Source of the DNA: Phoronis australis
Lineage: Eukaryota; Animalia; Phoronida
Direction of reading: 5' to 3'
DNA: 64,000 bases
Assembly: GCA_002633005.1 (NCBI GenBank)
Contig: NMRA01000896.1
Location: 1-64,000 of the forward strand
This document shows positions 62,335-64,000 of this stretch, piece by piece. Position numbers and translations under genes: made by a program. The notes below the pieces were generated by a model. It ran no database searches. It saw only the letters and a list, made by a program, of their open reading frames with translations, and was not told where the DNA came from. Within the stretch, counting starts at the first letter, position 1, and each line of letters begins with the position of its first letter.

Positions 62335-63420
62335 AAAGCTTTTCGCGGAGCAAAGATATTTACCAACACTCGCGTTTCAGTCTCGCCCACGGGAAAACAT
62401 TTGCTCGCTCCTGTCCTTGCATGCAGTACAACAAATACATTTCTAGGCAGTTGCTTATCTTATCTATATGACGGGATGTTTGCAGTACAAATAATATAAG
62501 TAAGCTATTAAACTTTGACTAACATGATGACAAATGTATTTCCCGAGACACTCCGTAGCGGGAAATCAAATTGCTAATACGGCGATTCTATGAATAGCAA
62601 CATTTGGATGCAGTGACGAATGCATTTCGTGGAACAAAGATATTTCCCGACACTTGTCTTTCAGTCTTGACCACGGGAAAAACATGGCCTTGCATGCACC
62701 AAAGCAAAAATATTTCTAGACAGTTGCTTGTCCTGGCTATATCCCAGGATATTTTCAAATTCAAATTCATGTATTTCAACATTTAAGGCCTTGGCCCACA
62801 TGTTGCATAAAATTTGCAGGATAACGCTGAGCAGTTTTTCCCTGATATCCCGGGATATTCACAATACAAATTATAAAAGTTACCAAACTTTGACTAACCG
62901 TATGGCAAATGTATTTCCCCGAGAAAGTCCGTAGCGGGAAATCCATTTGCTATGTATAGTCCTCGAACGACCGAACAATTGCATGCAAAGACCAATGTAG
63001 GCCTATTTCGAAGAGCAAAGATATTTCCCGACAATTGCGGGATATTCATATAGTTACCAAAAGTGGCCAACCGCTTGGCAAACGTATTGGCTGATGTGCA
63101 CATTCTACGAAAGGCCACGCAGTGACGGATGGATGTGTTTCCAGGATCAAATGTACTTCCCGATACTTCAGTGCTTTCCAGTCTCGACAACGGGAAAAAC
63201 ATTTGCTTGCGTCTTTCCTTGCATGCGCCAGATCAAATAAATATGTATGAACACTCGAAATATAAAAGCAGTAAATAGTGGCAATATTAAATCCATAAAC
63301 ACCAAATTCGCATTTGATTAAATTTTACACACGCAATAAGGCTCAACAGAAGCAAAGATTTTCCCGGCAATTGTTTTTAAGGTGCCTTGGCAAAAGCTTT
63401 TCCTGACAAAGGTTTTTCCG
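62335..63420. repeat. Degenerate long-unit tandem repeat
   Basis: Recurrent GCAAAGATATTTCCCGACA (~62350, 62634, 63015, 63352), TTCAGTCTCG.CCACGGGAAAACAT and CAAATGTATTTCCC.GAGA..TCCGTAGCGGGAAATC blocks. Confidence 0.65.
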
Positions 63421-64000
63421 TGACACCGCCCCACCACAAAACAGGACCGCCGGAGGCTAACATTTTTAACTGGTCATTGACACAAATCATACAATGGGAC
63501 TATACGTATGCGGGTCGTATGCCGCTTAATCCACCGAAAATACAGCTTATATAACTAGACATCTTAAAGGCGAAGGCAACCTTTTTCATGTCATTTTTAG
63601 CAAAACTAAGGTTCGTTGATTATCTCAGACATATTTTTCAGTTAATTACAGTTATTTGTAATTTAAAGAATTACTCTTTCTGTACTACGGAAGTGACGTT
63701 TTGGGAGGCAAGAATTTCGCGCCAAATTCTTATCATATATTCTGACTGTGAGAGCTGCCGAGTCCGTCATTGTTCTATCTCGGTTGTGATAAGTTCTGTT
63801 GTCATTTGCTTTTGTTTACGAGTCAGTCAACATGGCACACTGTTGTTACGTACCGAGATGTACTCTCAAAACCAATTCAAGAAAGAGATCTTAAGTTTGA
63901 CTTAAGTGTTTGACATAAGTTTTGTCTTAATTTTGACTAACTTATCAAAATTGGAAGTTTCAAAGTTTAGAAGTTAAGACAAATCTTAAACTTAAGTCAA

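Overview
This is AT-rich animal genomic DNA with GT-AG spliceosomal introns, probably from a marine invertebrate; the taxon cannot be fixed from the sequence. It comes from a draft assembly with single-N joins. Five protein-coding genes were reconstructed by hand with consistent exon phases: (1) a 5'-incomplete USP6NL/RN-tre Rab-GAP (+, 10 exons in window, 3055-15374); (2) an intronless PDE10A-like GAF-GAF phosphodiesterase (+, 18520-20865); (3) mitochondrial ribosomal protein MRPL22 (+, about 21772-31017); (4) a 3-exon orphan GPR153/GPR162-like 7TM receptor with a ~450-aa acidic tail carrying EVH1, NPxY and PDZ-type motifs (-, 39239-33931), which the ORF track splits into three unrelated ORFs; (5) a small GPI-type Ly6/three-finger protein (+, 46489-55956). 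Intron 1 of the Ly6 gene holds a 5'-truncated Penelope-like retroelement with a 14-bp target-site duplication (TSD), a U3-A8 variant minimal hammerhead ribozyme and the start of a second tandem ORF copy. The rest of the window is minisatellites, MITEs, LINE/SINE/THAP relics and haplotype-overlap duplications at single Ns. There is no prokaryotic or CRISPR content. I found no convincing wholly new multi-gene system. The best leads are the orphan GPCR tail, the PDE10 retrocopy and the ribozyme-bearing Penelope elements.
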